NCBI GenBank assembly: GCA_031390545.1 | Contig: JANMTP010000047.1 | Coordinates: forward strand, 8,930 to 72,929 | DNA: 64,000 nt | Direction of reading: 5' to 3' | Source of the DNA: Chthoniobacter sp. | GTDB lineage: Bacteria > Verrucomicrobiota > Verrucomicrobiia > Chthoniobacterales > Chthoniobacteraceae | In this document: in pieces, positions 30,501 to 39,356 of the stretch | Position numbering within the stretch: position 1 is the first letter of the stretch | Layout of the letters: every line of letters starts with the position of its first letter | Made by a program: the position numbers and the translations under genes | Notes under the pieces: generated by a model | What the model was told of the DNA's origin: nothing | The model's database searches: none | Seen by the model: the letters and a program-made list of their open reading frames with translations, nothing else

Positions 30501-33500
30501 GTCGGGCGGGGTGGCGATGAGCGCTCGCGGGGTCGTGAGCTATGGGACGGGGGGCACCATCACCATTCGCACCGGCCGGGATCCCGGTTTTTCCACGGTC
30601 CTTGGGGGAACACTTCGGCTCGGCTCAAAGCTCTCAGGCTATGCGGGTGGCAAGGGGGGCTCGCTGGCGTTGCAAGCTGGCGTGATCCAAGTCGGCGGAG
30701 ACGCGGTCTTGCCCACGGCCCTTGTTTTATCACCGGAGTTTTTCCGCCAGGGTGGCTTTACGAATTATGCGCTCACCGGCATCGGCGCACCGCCTACAGC
30801 CACGTCAAAAGCGGGCTCATTTACGCCCGGGATTAGTATCGCGCCGGACATCCGGATCGAGCCGGGGGCGGAAAGCTGGCTGGCGATTCCCCATGCACGG
30901 GGGCAGGACGAGGTCGTCCTGCGGCCTTTCCTCAAACCGGCCGGGCTGCGCTCTGCGACGAGTCTGAGTTTCACGGCGCTGGGTTCAGACGATCAGTTCA
31001 CCACTGGCGAAATCGAAGTGAGGGGAGACGTCGTGATGGGTTTGGGCTCGGAAATCGTGACCGATGCGGGTGCGAGTGTTTCTTTCAAGGGGCAGACGGT
31101 CTCGTTGCTCGGTGCGGTCAGCGCGCCCGGCGGCACGATTACAGTTGCCGGCGCAGGGAGCTTTCCAGTCGCGCCGGATGCCGCGCTCAATGTGACGTTT
31201 GCACGACCGACGGTTTACCTCGGCAATGCCGTCCAGTTGTCCACGGGCGGGACGGCCCTCCTGGTGCCCGACGCTTACGGGCGCAGGCTGGGCACGCTTT
31301 ACCCCGGGGGGGCAATCACGGTGACGGGAAATATCGTAGCCGACGCCGGGGCCGTCTTGGATGTCTCCGGAGCCTCGACGGTCTTTGACCTGCATCCCTC
31401 GCAACTGGGCGGCACCAGTTCACCTCTCGTCCCGCTCAACAGCGGTTTGAACAGCCCGCTCGCTTCGCTGCGCAGCGTGCCCGTGCAGATGGACAGCAAC
31501 GGAGGTCGCATCGACTTGCAGGGGTCGCAGATGCTGTTCACCGACGCGACGCTCCTCGGGCGACCGGGCGGGCCGACCGCCCTCGGGGGGGATTTATCGG
31601 TGTTCTCGGGGCGCTTCTATCCGCAAGGTGCCTCGCGCACGAGCGCGGAAATCAATCTGGTTGTTACGCAAGGCGGACGGACGATTTCTACAAGGAACAC
31701 GGAGCGCGGTATCGGCGTTGCAGTGCTGGACGACGCCGGCGCGATCCTCACCGGGATGGGCTACTTCACCGCCGAACGCTTCATGGAAGGCGGCTTCGAT
31801 TCACTGGATCTCGGGTTCAAGTTTTTGAATGCCGCTCCCGTGGCGTTCGGCGGGAATATTGAGTTTAAGGGTGCGGTTTCGATCTCGGCACCCGGCACTC
31901 TTCGCGTGGCCGCCGGTGGGGTCATTCGCGCGGATGCAGACGTGCAGTTGCGCAGCTCCCACGCGGTCATCGGACAGCCGTTCCTAGCCCCGGCGCATCC
32001 CAACGACCAGATCTTTCCATTCCAGCAGGATCCGCCGAGCCCGACCCGGGCCTTGGCGCTCGCGCCTGTCTTTGGCCCGGGCAGCCTGAGCGTGACCGCG
32101 GACCTCATCGACATCGGCAACCTGTCGCTCCAAAGCATCGGTCGGGCGGCTTTCACCGCGAAAAACGGCGACATCCGAGGCAATGGCACGCTGAGCATGG
32201 CAGGCGACCTGATCCTCCGCGCGGGCCAGATTTATCCGACCAGCCTCTCGACTTTCAATGTCTTCGCCTACGATCACGCCGGCGGGGAGGGCTCCGTAAC
32301 CATCGCTGGTTCGGGCACGCGGGCGATGCCGCTTTCCGCCGGGGGCAGCTTGAATATTTTTGCCTCCAAGATCACCCAGGGCGGGGTGCTGCGGGCACCG
32401 CTCGGCTCGATCACGCTGGGCTGGGACGGCAGCACGGACTTTGACCTTTCGGATGCGGATGTGGATTCCCCGTTTGATCCGGTGGCGCGTCGGGCGGTTG
32501 CGGTCGGCATTTCGAAAACGGTGACGTTGCAGGCCGGGAGTCTGACTTCTGTTTCGGCAGCCGGTTTGGCCGACGATGCCGCTTTCGCGATTCCTTTCGG
32601 GCTGAGCCCGGATGGCAGTTCATGGATCGATCCTCGAGGCGTGAATATTACCGTGACTGGCCTCCCGGAGAAACGGGTCGTCATCGCTGGTGGAGCGGTC
32701 GTGGCCGAAAGTGGCTCGACGATCGATCTTCGGGGCGGTGGCGATCTTTCCGCGTTTCGCTGGGTACCCGGCCCCGGTGGCGGCGTCGATCTGCTCGGGA
32801 CTGCCTCCGTGGCCTGGAGCACCGATACGGCTTACGCAGCCGGAGATTTGGTCACCGACGGCGGTCAGACGTGGTCGGCCCGACTTTCCCACACTGGTCA
32901 GAAGCCGACGTCCAGCCTTTTTTGGACGCTCGTGCCGGAGTCCTACGCGGTCGTGCCCGGCTTCCCATCGGAATTTGCGCCCTACGCTCCATTCAATACC
33001 GGCGAGAGTGCCGACGCGCTCGGCGGCGATCCCGGCTTTGTCAGCAGCACGCTGAGTGTCGGGGATCAGGTTTACCTGGAGAGCTCTCCCGGCCTCCGCG
33101 CCGGGACTTACACGCTGCTGCCGCGGCGCTATGCGCTATTGCCGGGGGCATTTCTTGTTACGCCGACGATTGATAAACCGATCGGTACTTTCACCTTGCC
33201 AGAGGGGGCGAGCTACGCGTCGGGATACCGGGTCAATGCCTTCAGCCACCCGCAAAAGACAGCCACGCTGAGGACACGCTTCGAAGTCGCCCCGCCCGAC
33301 GTGTTGAGTCAGCGGGCCGAGTATGATTTGTCGTTGGCGAATGCCTTTTTCCCGAAAGCCGCCGCCGGCCTGAATGTCACGCGAACCCAACGCCTTCCGG
33401 TCGATGCGGGTTATCTGGCGCTTCACGGCAACAGCGCCTTGCAGGCGGCTGGAAATGTCCTCACCGCCCGCCCGGATGGGGGCCGTGGGTCGGCGATTGA

Positions 33501-36500
33501 TGTCAGCAGTTTCGCCAGCATCTACGTCGTCGGTGGAAACGGGGTGGCCCCAAGTGGGGCGGCAGTCGTGCTCAGCGGTGCGACCTTGAATTCGTGGGGG
33601 GCGGAAAGTCTGCTCATTGGCGGAGTGCGACGCCGGACGAACGGCGCAACAGTCGTGGAGGTGCGGACGAGCGATCTCATCCTAGACAATCCCGGAGCTT
33701 CGCTCTCCGCGCCCGACGTCACGCTCGCCTCGCGGGTCGGTCTGACATTAAGCGCGGGATCAAGTGTGGTCGCGACGGGGACGCTTTCCGAAGCCGCAGA
33801 CGTTTTCACGATCACTGGTAATGGCGCCCTGCTGCGAACCGCCGTGCGCGGTGGCGCAGCGGTGACGCGAACGGGTGTGACCAGTGCGAATACGGCGCTT
33901 CTGACCGTTGGCGCGGGAGGGCGGATCGCGGGCGGCAGTGTCACGCTGGACTCGACCTTTGGCACCAATCTCCATCCAACGATGCAGATCGAGGCGCAGA
34001 CGCTGGCGCTGAACGGCGGCCAGATCAGCATTCTCTTTGACCCACCCTCCGCCGTGCTGACTGGCTCGGTCGTGAATCCGAATCACCTGACCCTCTCCGG
34101 CCAACTCCTGGAAACGGTGCAGCGGTCGCAGTCCCTCAGCCTGCGCAGCTATCGCACGATCGACTTTTACGGCTCCGGCACGTTTGGCAGCCCGGGACTG
34201 GGCAGCCTGGCGCTTTCTGCAGCTGGGATTCGCGGGTATGACCAGGCTGGCGGCACGGTCTTTATCCGGGCGGGTGACGTGCTTTTCGAGCGGTCGGCGG
34301 ATGCCGTGGCGCTGGCCGCACCCGCGGCGACCTCGGGGGCCTTGCAAGTGGAAGCGCAAACTGTGCGTCTCGGAGCCAACGCTTTTTCTGTCGCGGGCTA
34401 CAGCGACGTTTTCCTCAGCGCCACCGGCGGATTGCTGGGCGAGGGCGCAGGATCATTCACCACCCCGGGCAATCTGACGATCACCGCACCGGTCATCACC
34501 GGGGCACGGGGGTCGTCGCACGAAGTGACCGCGACCGGCGCGCTCGTGCTGGAGCGCGGTGGCGGCGTGGCGAGCGTGCAGGGCGGGCTCGGGGCGGGCT
34601 TCACTTTCACGGGGGCCAGTGTCTTCGCAAATACGGACATTTTGCTGCCGAGCGGCCTGATCACGCTCCGCGCGCGGACCGGGGACGTCACCGTCGGCGG
34701 CGCGCTGCGGGCTGACGGGACCTCGCAGGCCTTCTATGACCTAATCCGATTTTCGGATGCGGGCGCAATTACACTCACCGCCGATGCGGGGGATGTGGAA
34801 TTGCTCGCCGGCAGCCTCGTTTCGGCCGCGGCTCATGCCGCTGGCGGGGACGCAGGTTCCGTCACGGTCGCGGCCACCCAAGGCGCGTTCCTCATCAACG
34901 GCGCGACCCTGTTGGGCGGAGCTGCCGCAGGGCAGACGACCGGCCGGTTCGTGCTGGATGCCGGCATGCTTCCGTCCTTCACCGAGGTCAGCGGTGCGCT
35001 CAATGACGGAGGCTTTTTTGAAGAAAGAAACCTGCGCGTCCGCACTGGCAGCATCGTCATCGAAGACATCGGCGGGACCGCGAACGTGGCCCGCAACTTC
35101 ACGGTTTCCACCGATCAAGGCGACATTACGGTCACCGGAACAATCGACGCTTCTGGCCAGACGGGCGGCAAGATCACGCTGGCGGCTGGGCGCAACCTCT
35201 CGCTCGAATCGGGTGCGGAGCTAACCGTCCATGGCGCGGTCTTCAGCAGCGCGGGGAAGGGCGGCGAGATTCGGCTGGAAGCGGGCACGGATTTCAACGC
35301 CGCCTTCACCGGGCCCGAGGATCCCACGGCGATGCTCCTCGTGAAGACCGGCTCGACGATCGACCTTGGGGTGGATGCTTTCGTGGCGGGCGACTACACC
35401 ACCCCGGGTTCCAGCGCCTTCCGCGGCCAGTTCACCGGCAAGCTGCATCTGCGTGCGCCCCGCCTCGGGAACGACATTGCCATCGGCCCGATCGCCGGGA
35501 GCATCGAGGGCGCGTCGTCCGTCCTCGCCGAAGGTTTCCGCATCTACAACCGCACTGGCATCGGCACGCTCGACACCGCCTTGCGCACTCAGATCGACGC
35601 GGACGGCGACAGTTACCTGAATGCCGGCTACGGCGCCATGCACACCAAGCTGCTCACCGGCAACCCCAATGCCGCGGGGCTGGATGCGGTGCTCGTTATT
35701 GCGCCAGGGGTCGAGATCATCAACCGCACCGGAAATCTCGCTCTTGGGACGGCGAACACGGCAGGCGGGGCCGCGACTTCGCTCCATACGGCGGACTGGG
35801 ATCTTTCGACTTTTCGCTACGGGCCCAAGAATGCGCCCGGCGTCCTGACCTTGCGCGCCTCGGGCGACCTCATTTTCAACAACGCGCTGAGCGATGGTTT
35901 CAACCCCGTGACCGCCACCGTGGCCAGTGGCCACTCCAGCCTATGGCTGGCCACGCTCATGGACGTCAATGCCGCGCTGCCTGTGAATACGCAGTCCTGG
36001 TCCTATCGCTTTGCCGCAGGCGCTGATCTCGGGGCGGCGGATTTCCGCGCGGTCATCCCGAATGCCGGCTCAGTGTTGGTCGGCGAATTTTACGCCCCGG
36101 TTCCAAACAATTCGCCTTCGGGCTTGAACGCGGCGGTGGGGGTAAACGGTTTGACGGCCAATACTATTCGCATTTCGATCAACAACACCAACGCCGGCAC
36201 CCGCTACGAGGTGGTCCGCACCGGGACGGGCGACATCGACATTGCTGCGGGACGGGACGTGCAACTGCGCAACCAATTCGCCACGATCTACACGGCGGGC
36301 GTCCGGGTACCAACGCCGACGACCGTCTTTGCCGCGGGCGACTTTGTCATCCCGGTCGTGGATTTGACCGGCCAGGTGCAACCGGCCAATCTGAACGGCG
36401 CGGTGCAGCAGCAATACGCGCCGCAGTGGTCGTTGGCGGGCGGAAATGTGAGCATTTCCGCCGGCGCGGACATCTGGCGGACGACGCTGCGGCAGGGCGT

Positions 36501-39354
36501 GGTGATCGCCGATTCCACCGGCCAGATGCCGGCCAACTGGCTCTACCGGCGCGGCTATGTTGATCCGGCCACCGGACTTTTTGGCGTGGGCGGCGTGGAC
36601 TTCGGCGATCCGCCGATTATCGATGCGGCGGCTTCAACCACATGGTGGATCGACTTCAGCAATTTCTTCCAAGGCATCGGCGCGCTCGGCGGGGGCGACA
36701 TCGCGCTGCTCGCTGGCAGTGATGTGGTTAATGTGGACGCGGTTCTGCCCACGAATGCCCGCATGCCCGGCGTCGATCCGATCTCCGGCTTAAACGTAGC
36801 CCCCGATGCGGACCGGTTGCTGGAGTATGGCGGCGGTGACCTCACCGTGCGCGCGGGTGCGAACATCGACGGTGGCGTCTATTACGTGGAAAGCGGTACG
36901 GGTTCACTTTTTGCGGGCGGAGTTATCAAGACCAACGAGTCGCGCTCTCCATCGCGCGGCATTCTCTCCAGCCCCCCGGTGTATCTGGACCCGGTGACAT
37001 GGTTGCCGACCACGCTCTATGTCGGAAAATCCAACTTTGAGGTGAGCGCCCGGGGCGACATTCTTATCGGGCCGGCGACGAATCCCTTCCTGCTGCCGTC
37101 CGGCCTGAATAATCGCTATTGGTATAAGACGTATTTTAACACCTTTGACAACGACGCTGGCGTGGACGTCGCGTCCTTTGGCGGGAGCGTGACGCATCGC
37201 CTCGGCACCGCCACGGCACCGATCCTGAGCAGTTGGCTCTCGTCGAAAAATCTCTTCACCAATCAACTCACGACGAACTCCTCCAATTTTCAGCCCTGGA
37301 TTCGGCTGTCCGAGACCGCGCTCGGTGCGTTCAGCACCTTCACACGGGTCATGGCTCCCACTTTACGGAGCACCGCTTTTGCCGGCGACCTGAACATTGT
37401 CGGGCCGATGACGCTCTTCCCGTCGGCGAGCGGCACTTTGGAATTGGCGGCATCCGGCGGGATCATCGGATTGCAGCCCTCGGGCCGGACCGGCGCTCTC
37501 ACGACTTGGTCCACCGCGTCGATCAATCTTTCGGATGCCGATCCGTCCTTGATTCCCGGCACCAATTCTCCCTTCGCCTATCAGGCGGTGGTGGGCCGGG
37601 CTCCCATCCCGCTCCGAGAAACCAACACCTCATTCCTCGATGACATCAATCAGGCGCTCACAGAGACGGGTTCCTACAGCGACCTGAACGCGACCGTGGA
37701 AATCCAACAGGCGCTGCATGCGAGTAGCCTTCTGCATCGCGGAGACACCCAACCGGTGCGCCTCTACGCCGGCGGCGGTGATATCACCGGACTTACTCTG
37801 TTTACGCCAAAGGCGGCACGGGTGATTGCGCAAAACGACATCACCGACATCTCGTTTTACATTCAAAACCTGGATGCGGCGGACATCTCCGTGGTTTCCG
37901 CTGGGCGGGACATCGTTCCTTACAATGAGAATAGTCCGCTGCGTTCGTTGGCGAGTAATTCGACCCTCGGCAACAGGATCATCGATCCTTTGCGTTCGAC
38001 GGTGACCGGCATTAACACCAACACTCTGGCGGGCGACATCCAGATCAACGGCCCCGGGGTGCTGGAAGTTCTCGCGGGACGAAATCTAGATTTGGGAGCG
38101 GGGCCAAATTTTCGAGATGGCACAGGCGTGGGGATTACCAGTATCGGGAGTGCGCGGAATCCGTTCCTCCCGCAGGACGGCGCGGATATCATCGTGCTGG
38201 CGGGCGTCTCTGGGGTTTCCGGGAGCGGCCCGGCTTTGGGCTTGAGCGTCAGTTCACTCGATTTCGAGTCCCTGGCCATGCAGCTCGTGTCCGCAGAGGA
38301 GCCTCTGGAATCGGCTTACCTCACGAAACTAGGATCCGCGGGAACGCTGGCCGATTTGACCGACGAGCAGCAGGCCATCGTGGCGTTGGAGAATTTCTAT
38401 CGCACGCTCCGTCTCAGCGGGCGTTCCGCCGTGGCAGACGGGGACTACAGTGCGGGCACCGCGGCCATTGAGCTGCTGTTTGGCCCGGGTGCCAATACTG
38501 GCGGCGAGGTGCTCACTCGCGCCCGCGAAATCCGCACCACCTCGGGCGGGGCGATTTCCCTGGCGGTGCCGGGCGGCGGCGTGACGATGGCGTCCGATAT
38601 TTTCGGCAATCCGCTCGCTCCCCCGGGCGTCGTGACGGAATTCGGTGGCGCGATCTCGGTTTTCACGGATGGCAGCGTCAATATCGGGAGTGCCCGTATC
38701 TTTACCCTGCGCGGCGGGAACATCGTCATCTGGTCCTCAACCGGCGATATTGCGGCGGGCAATGCTCCGAAGACAGTGGTGACGGCGCCGCCCACGCGGG
38801 TCGTCATCGACTCTACCACCGCGACGGTGCAAACGGATCTCGGCGGCTTGGCGACGGGCGGCGGCATCGGCGTGCTGGCCTCGGTCGTGGGGGTGCCGGT
38901 GGGGGATGTCGATCTCATCGCGCCGCTGGGCGTGGTCGATGCCGGAGACGCGGGCATCCGTGTCACCGGCAATTTGACCATCGCCGCAACGGCGGTGTTG
39001 AACGCCTCGAACATCCAGGCGGCGGGCACTTCGGCCGGCGTAGCCTCCACCCCCACGGTCTCCGCGCCCAATCTGGGGGCGCTGACTTCAGCCAACAATA
39101 CGAACGCGGCGGGGGCGAGCGCCGCACAGGATCTCGCTAAAAAACAGCTCCCGCAGGAGCAGATGCCTGAAGAGGCGCCCTCCGATATTTCTGTGGTAGT
39201 GCTGGGTTACGGACCGGACAACGAGGAGGAGAGAACGAGACAACTTCCCGCCGTCACCCCGCCCCAGACGGGCAACGGATCAGACGAGGAGGAGGAGGAG
39301 AAAAAGAGGAGAATGAAAAGGCAAATCGAGGAAGCGACCATGGCCGTTCCCTGA
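27535..39354 (+). CDS. Giant filamentous-haemagglutinin-family exoprotein (TpsA-like, 3,939 aa)
   Basis: Signal peptide. TPS/haemagg_act domain (VLNWQTLNVGKQTTLKFDQ ... VYVINQNGIIFGGSSQVN). Thousands of residues of Gly/Ala/Thr/Ser-rich beta-helix. C-terminal block RGGNIVIWSSTGDIAAGNAPKT...DLIAPLGVVDAGDAGIRV is typical of the FHA-family C-terminal domain. Charged tail DEEEEEKKRRMKRQIEE. Confidence 0.9.
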   Translation: MIPRCPLSGLRRAPDDLWRRTALLGLSFTLIFGSNARAGDILRGGAPAGQRGAPTAFGTNPAPANQARNNAKDALSRTTQAVQSVQAMQAAARAAALAGPNNLGPDPNRPGQLLPNVPNGLAPGGLQVLPGVPANLATPQAGENAALWTGAELPVQSAVNGRTLVTVKQNVAQAVLNWQTLNVGKQTTLKFDQSAGKANKSQWIAFNKITDPSGSPTQILGNLEADGQVYVINQNGIIFGGSSQVNLRSLTASSLPINDNLIKQGLLNNRDAQFLFSSLSVPGGADGTPIYTPVAPLTPNGRQGDVVVQKGASLATPVSDDGNGGRIMLVGANVRNEGSISTPAGQTILAAGLQVGVAAHASDDPSLRGLDTWVGAVGDYAGTTTNSGLIETFTGSTLMTGRYVNQFGAIESTTSVSLNGRIDLLASYGAVGNPNFDNTGAGSGGPLFLYQHTGVVSFGAGSATRILPDYASAATVPGTSLPEKSQINVEGLAIHLGTNAAILAPNADVTFRAGVWPYIDADGNRTTLDATGGADAGLLSAYLGTTQRFFYSGGQIYLDPGAVLSVAGSTDVAVPLSQSILTLEFRGSELANSPLQRTGPLRAVDLTVDIRRTGVYGGRFWMGTSLGDATGAAGLIQRNAAQLTAVGGNVSLQAGGAIVVRKDAEIDVSGGFFRHEAGMVQTTRLLQNGRLVEIANARPDQVYQGIYNGQFTKNYDKYGITETYATPWMTGRHYEAAYTQGADGGSLSLTAPSMAIDGELRGSTIAGERQRALPPGLSKLSLTFEAEKILALPGGARLFLTNSPTPPAIIFADEGSYADPGAFRLAEDEPVPLGADRIASVILSPELLDEQGFGHLAIRNPDGNVTVPDGVRLVASPRGSISLTGANVTVGGEVTAPGGTLAFLAYNISPIFALEFPLVNPLGLAAPAPVANRGLFALGRGASLSTAGLIVDDRPGLATSSVLPLVTAGGGITIDSLGAELAEGGVIDVSGGVAMSARGVVSYGTGGTITIRTGRDPGFSTVLGGTLRLGSKLSGYAGGKGGSLALQAGVIQVGGDAVLPTALVLSPEFFRQGGFTNYALTGIGAPPTATSKAGSFTPGISIAPDIRIEPGAESWLAIPHARGQDEVVLRPFLKPAGLRSATSLSFTALGSDDQFTTGEIEVRGDVVMGLGSEIVTDAGASVSFKGQTVSLLGAVSAPGGTITVAGAGSFPVAPDAALNVTFARPTVYLGNAVQLSTGGTALLVPDAYGRRLGTLYPGGAITVTGNIVADAGAVLDVSGASTVFDLHPSQLGGTSSPLVPLNSGLNSPLASLRSVPVQMDSNGGRIDLQGSQMLFTDATLLGRPGGPTALGGDLSVFSGRFYPQGASRTSAEINLVVTQGGRTISTRNTERGIGVAVLDDAGAILTGMGYFTAERFMEGGFDSLDLGFKFLNAAPVAFGGNIEFKGAVSISAPGTLRVAAGGVIRADADVQLRSSHAVIGQPFLAPAHPNDQIFPFQQDPPSPTRALALAPVFGPGSLSVTADLIDIGNLSLQSIGRAAFTAKNGDIRGNGTLSMAGDLILRAGQIYPTSLSTFNVFAYDHAGGEGSVTIAGSGTRAMPLSAGGSLNIFASKITQGGVLRAPLGSITLGWDGSTDFDLSDADVDSPFDPVARRAVAVGISKTVTLQAGSLTSVSAAGLADDAAFAIPFGLSPDGSSWIDPRGVNITVTGLPEKRVVIAGGAVVAESGSTIDLRGGGDLSAFRWVPGPGGGVDLLGTASVAWSTDTAYAAGDLVTDGGQTWSARLSHTGQKPTSSLFWTLVPESYAVVPGFPSEFAPYAPFNTGESADALGGDPGFVSSTLSVGDQVYLESSPGLRAGTYTLLPRRYALLPGAFLVTPTIDKPIGTFTLPEGASYASGYRVNAFSHPQKTATLRTRFEVAPPDVLSQRAEYDLSLANAFFPKAAAGLNVTRTQRLPVDAGYLALHGNSALQAAGNVLTARPDGGRGSAIDVSSFASIYVVGGNGVAPSGAAVVLSGATLNSWGAESLLIGGVRRRTNGATVVEVRTSDLILDNPGASLSAPDVTLASRVGLTLSAGSSVVATGTLSEAADVFTITGNGALLRTAVRGGAAVTRTGVTSANTALLTVGAGGRIAGGSVTLDSTFGTNLHPTMQIEAQTLALNGGQISILFDPPSAVLTGSVVNPNHLTLSGQLLETVQRSQSLSLRSYRTIDFYGSGTFGSPGLGSLALSAAGIRGYDQAGGTVFIRAGDVLFERSADAVALAAPAATSGALQVEAQTVRLGANAFSVAGYSDVFLSATGGLLGEGAGSFTTPGNLTITAPVITGARGSSHEVTATGALVLERGGGVASVQGGLGAGFTFTGASVFANTDILLPSGLITLRARTGDVTVGGALRADGTSQAFYDLIRFSDAGAITLTADAGDVELLAGSLVSAAAHAAGGDAGSVTVAATQGAFLINGATLLGGAAAGQTTGRFVLDAGMLPSFTEVSGALNDGGFFEERNLRVRTGSIVIEDIGGTANVARNFTVSTDQGDITVTGTIDASGQTGGKITLAAGRNLSLESGAELTVHGAVFSSAGKGGEIRLEAGTDFNAAFTGPEDPTAMLLVKTGSTIDLGVDAFVAGDYTTPGSSAFRGQFTGKLHLRAPRLGNDIAIGPIAGSIEGASSVLAEGFRIYNRTGIGTLDTALRTQIDADGDSYLNAGYGAMHTKLLTGNPNAAGLDAVLVIAPGVEIINRTGNLALGTANTAGGAATSLHTADWDLSTFRYGPKNAPGVLTLRASGDLIFNNALSDGFNPVTATVASGHSSLWLATLMDVNAALPVNTQSWSYRFAAGADLGAADFRAVIPNAGSVLVGEFYAPVPNNSPSGLNAAVGVNGLTANTIRISINNTNAGTRYEVVRTGTGDIDIAAGRDVQLRNQFATIYTAGVRVPTPTTVFAAGDFVIPVVDLTGQVQPANLNGAVQQQYAPQWSLAGGNVSISAGADIWRTTLRQGVVIADSTGQMPANWLYRRGYVDPATGLFGVGGVDFGDPPIIDAAASTTWWIDFSNFFQGIGALGGGDIALLAGSDVVNVDAVLPTNARMPGVDPISGLNVAPDADRLLEYGGGDLTVRAGANIDGGVYYVESGTGSLFAGGVIKTNESRSPSRGILSSPPVYLDPVTWLPTTLYVGKSNFEVSARGDILIGPATNPFLLPSGLNNRYWYKTYFNTFDNDAGVDVASFGGSVTHRLGTATAPILSSWLSSKNLFTNQLTTNSSNFQPWIRLSETALGAFSTFTRVMAPTLRSTAFAGDLNIVGPMTLFPSASGTLELAASGGIIGLQPSGRTGALTTWSTASINLSDADPSLIPGTNSPFAYQAVVGRAPIPLRETNTSFLDDINQALTETGSYSDLNATVEIQQALHASSLLHRGDTQPVRLYAGGGDITGLTLFTPKAARVIAQNDITDISFYIQNLDAADISVVSAGRDIVPYNENSPLRSLASNSTLGNRIIDPLRSTVTGINTNTLAGDIQINGPGVLEVLAGRNLDLGAGPNFRDGTGVGITSIGSARNPFLPQDGADIIVLAGVSGVSGSGPALGLSVSSLDFESLAMQLVSAEEPLESAYLTKLGSAGTLADLTDEQQAIVALENFYRTLRLSGRSAVADGDYSAGTAAIELLFGPGANTGGEVLTRAREIRTTSGGAISLAVPGGGVTMASDIFGNPLAPPGVVTEFGGAISVFTDGSVNIGSARIFTLRGGNIVIWSSTGDIAAGNAPKTVVTAPPTRVVIDSTTATVQTDLGGLATGGGIGVLASVVGVPVGDVDLIAPLGVVDAGDAGIRVTGNLTIAATAVLNASNIQAAGTSAGVASTPTVSAPNLGALTSANNTNAAGASAAQDLAKKQLPQEQMPEEAPSDISVVVLGYGPDNEEERTRQLPAVTPPQTGNGSDEEEEEKKRRMKRQIEEATMAVP

Positions 39355-39356
39355 AA

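Noticed and set aside
27529-39098. Numerous 60-235-aa ORFs in alternative and antisense frames inside the giant exoprotein gene (for example 27529-28236 -, 35221-35934 -, 38445-39098 -, 33522-34031 -).
   Set aside because: They are Arg/Gly/Pro/Ala-rich translations typical of off-frame reading in high-GC DNA. None has a recognisable motif, and the sense frame is continuous for 11.8 kb with clear FHA-family domains.
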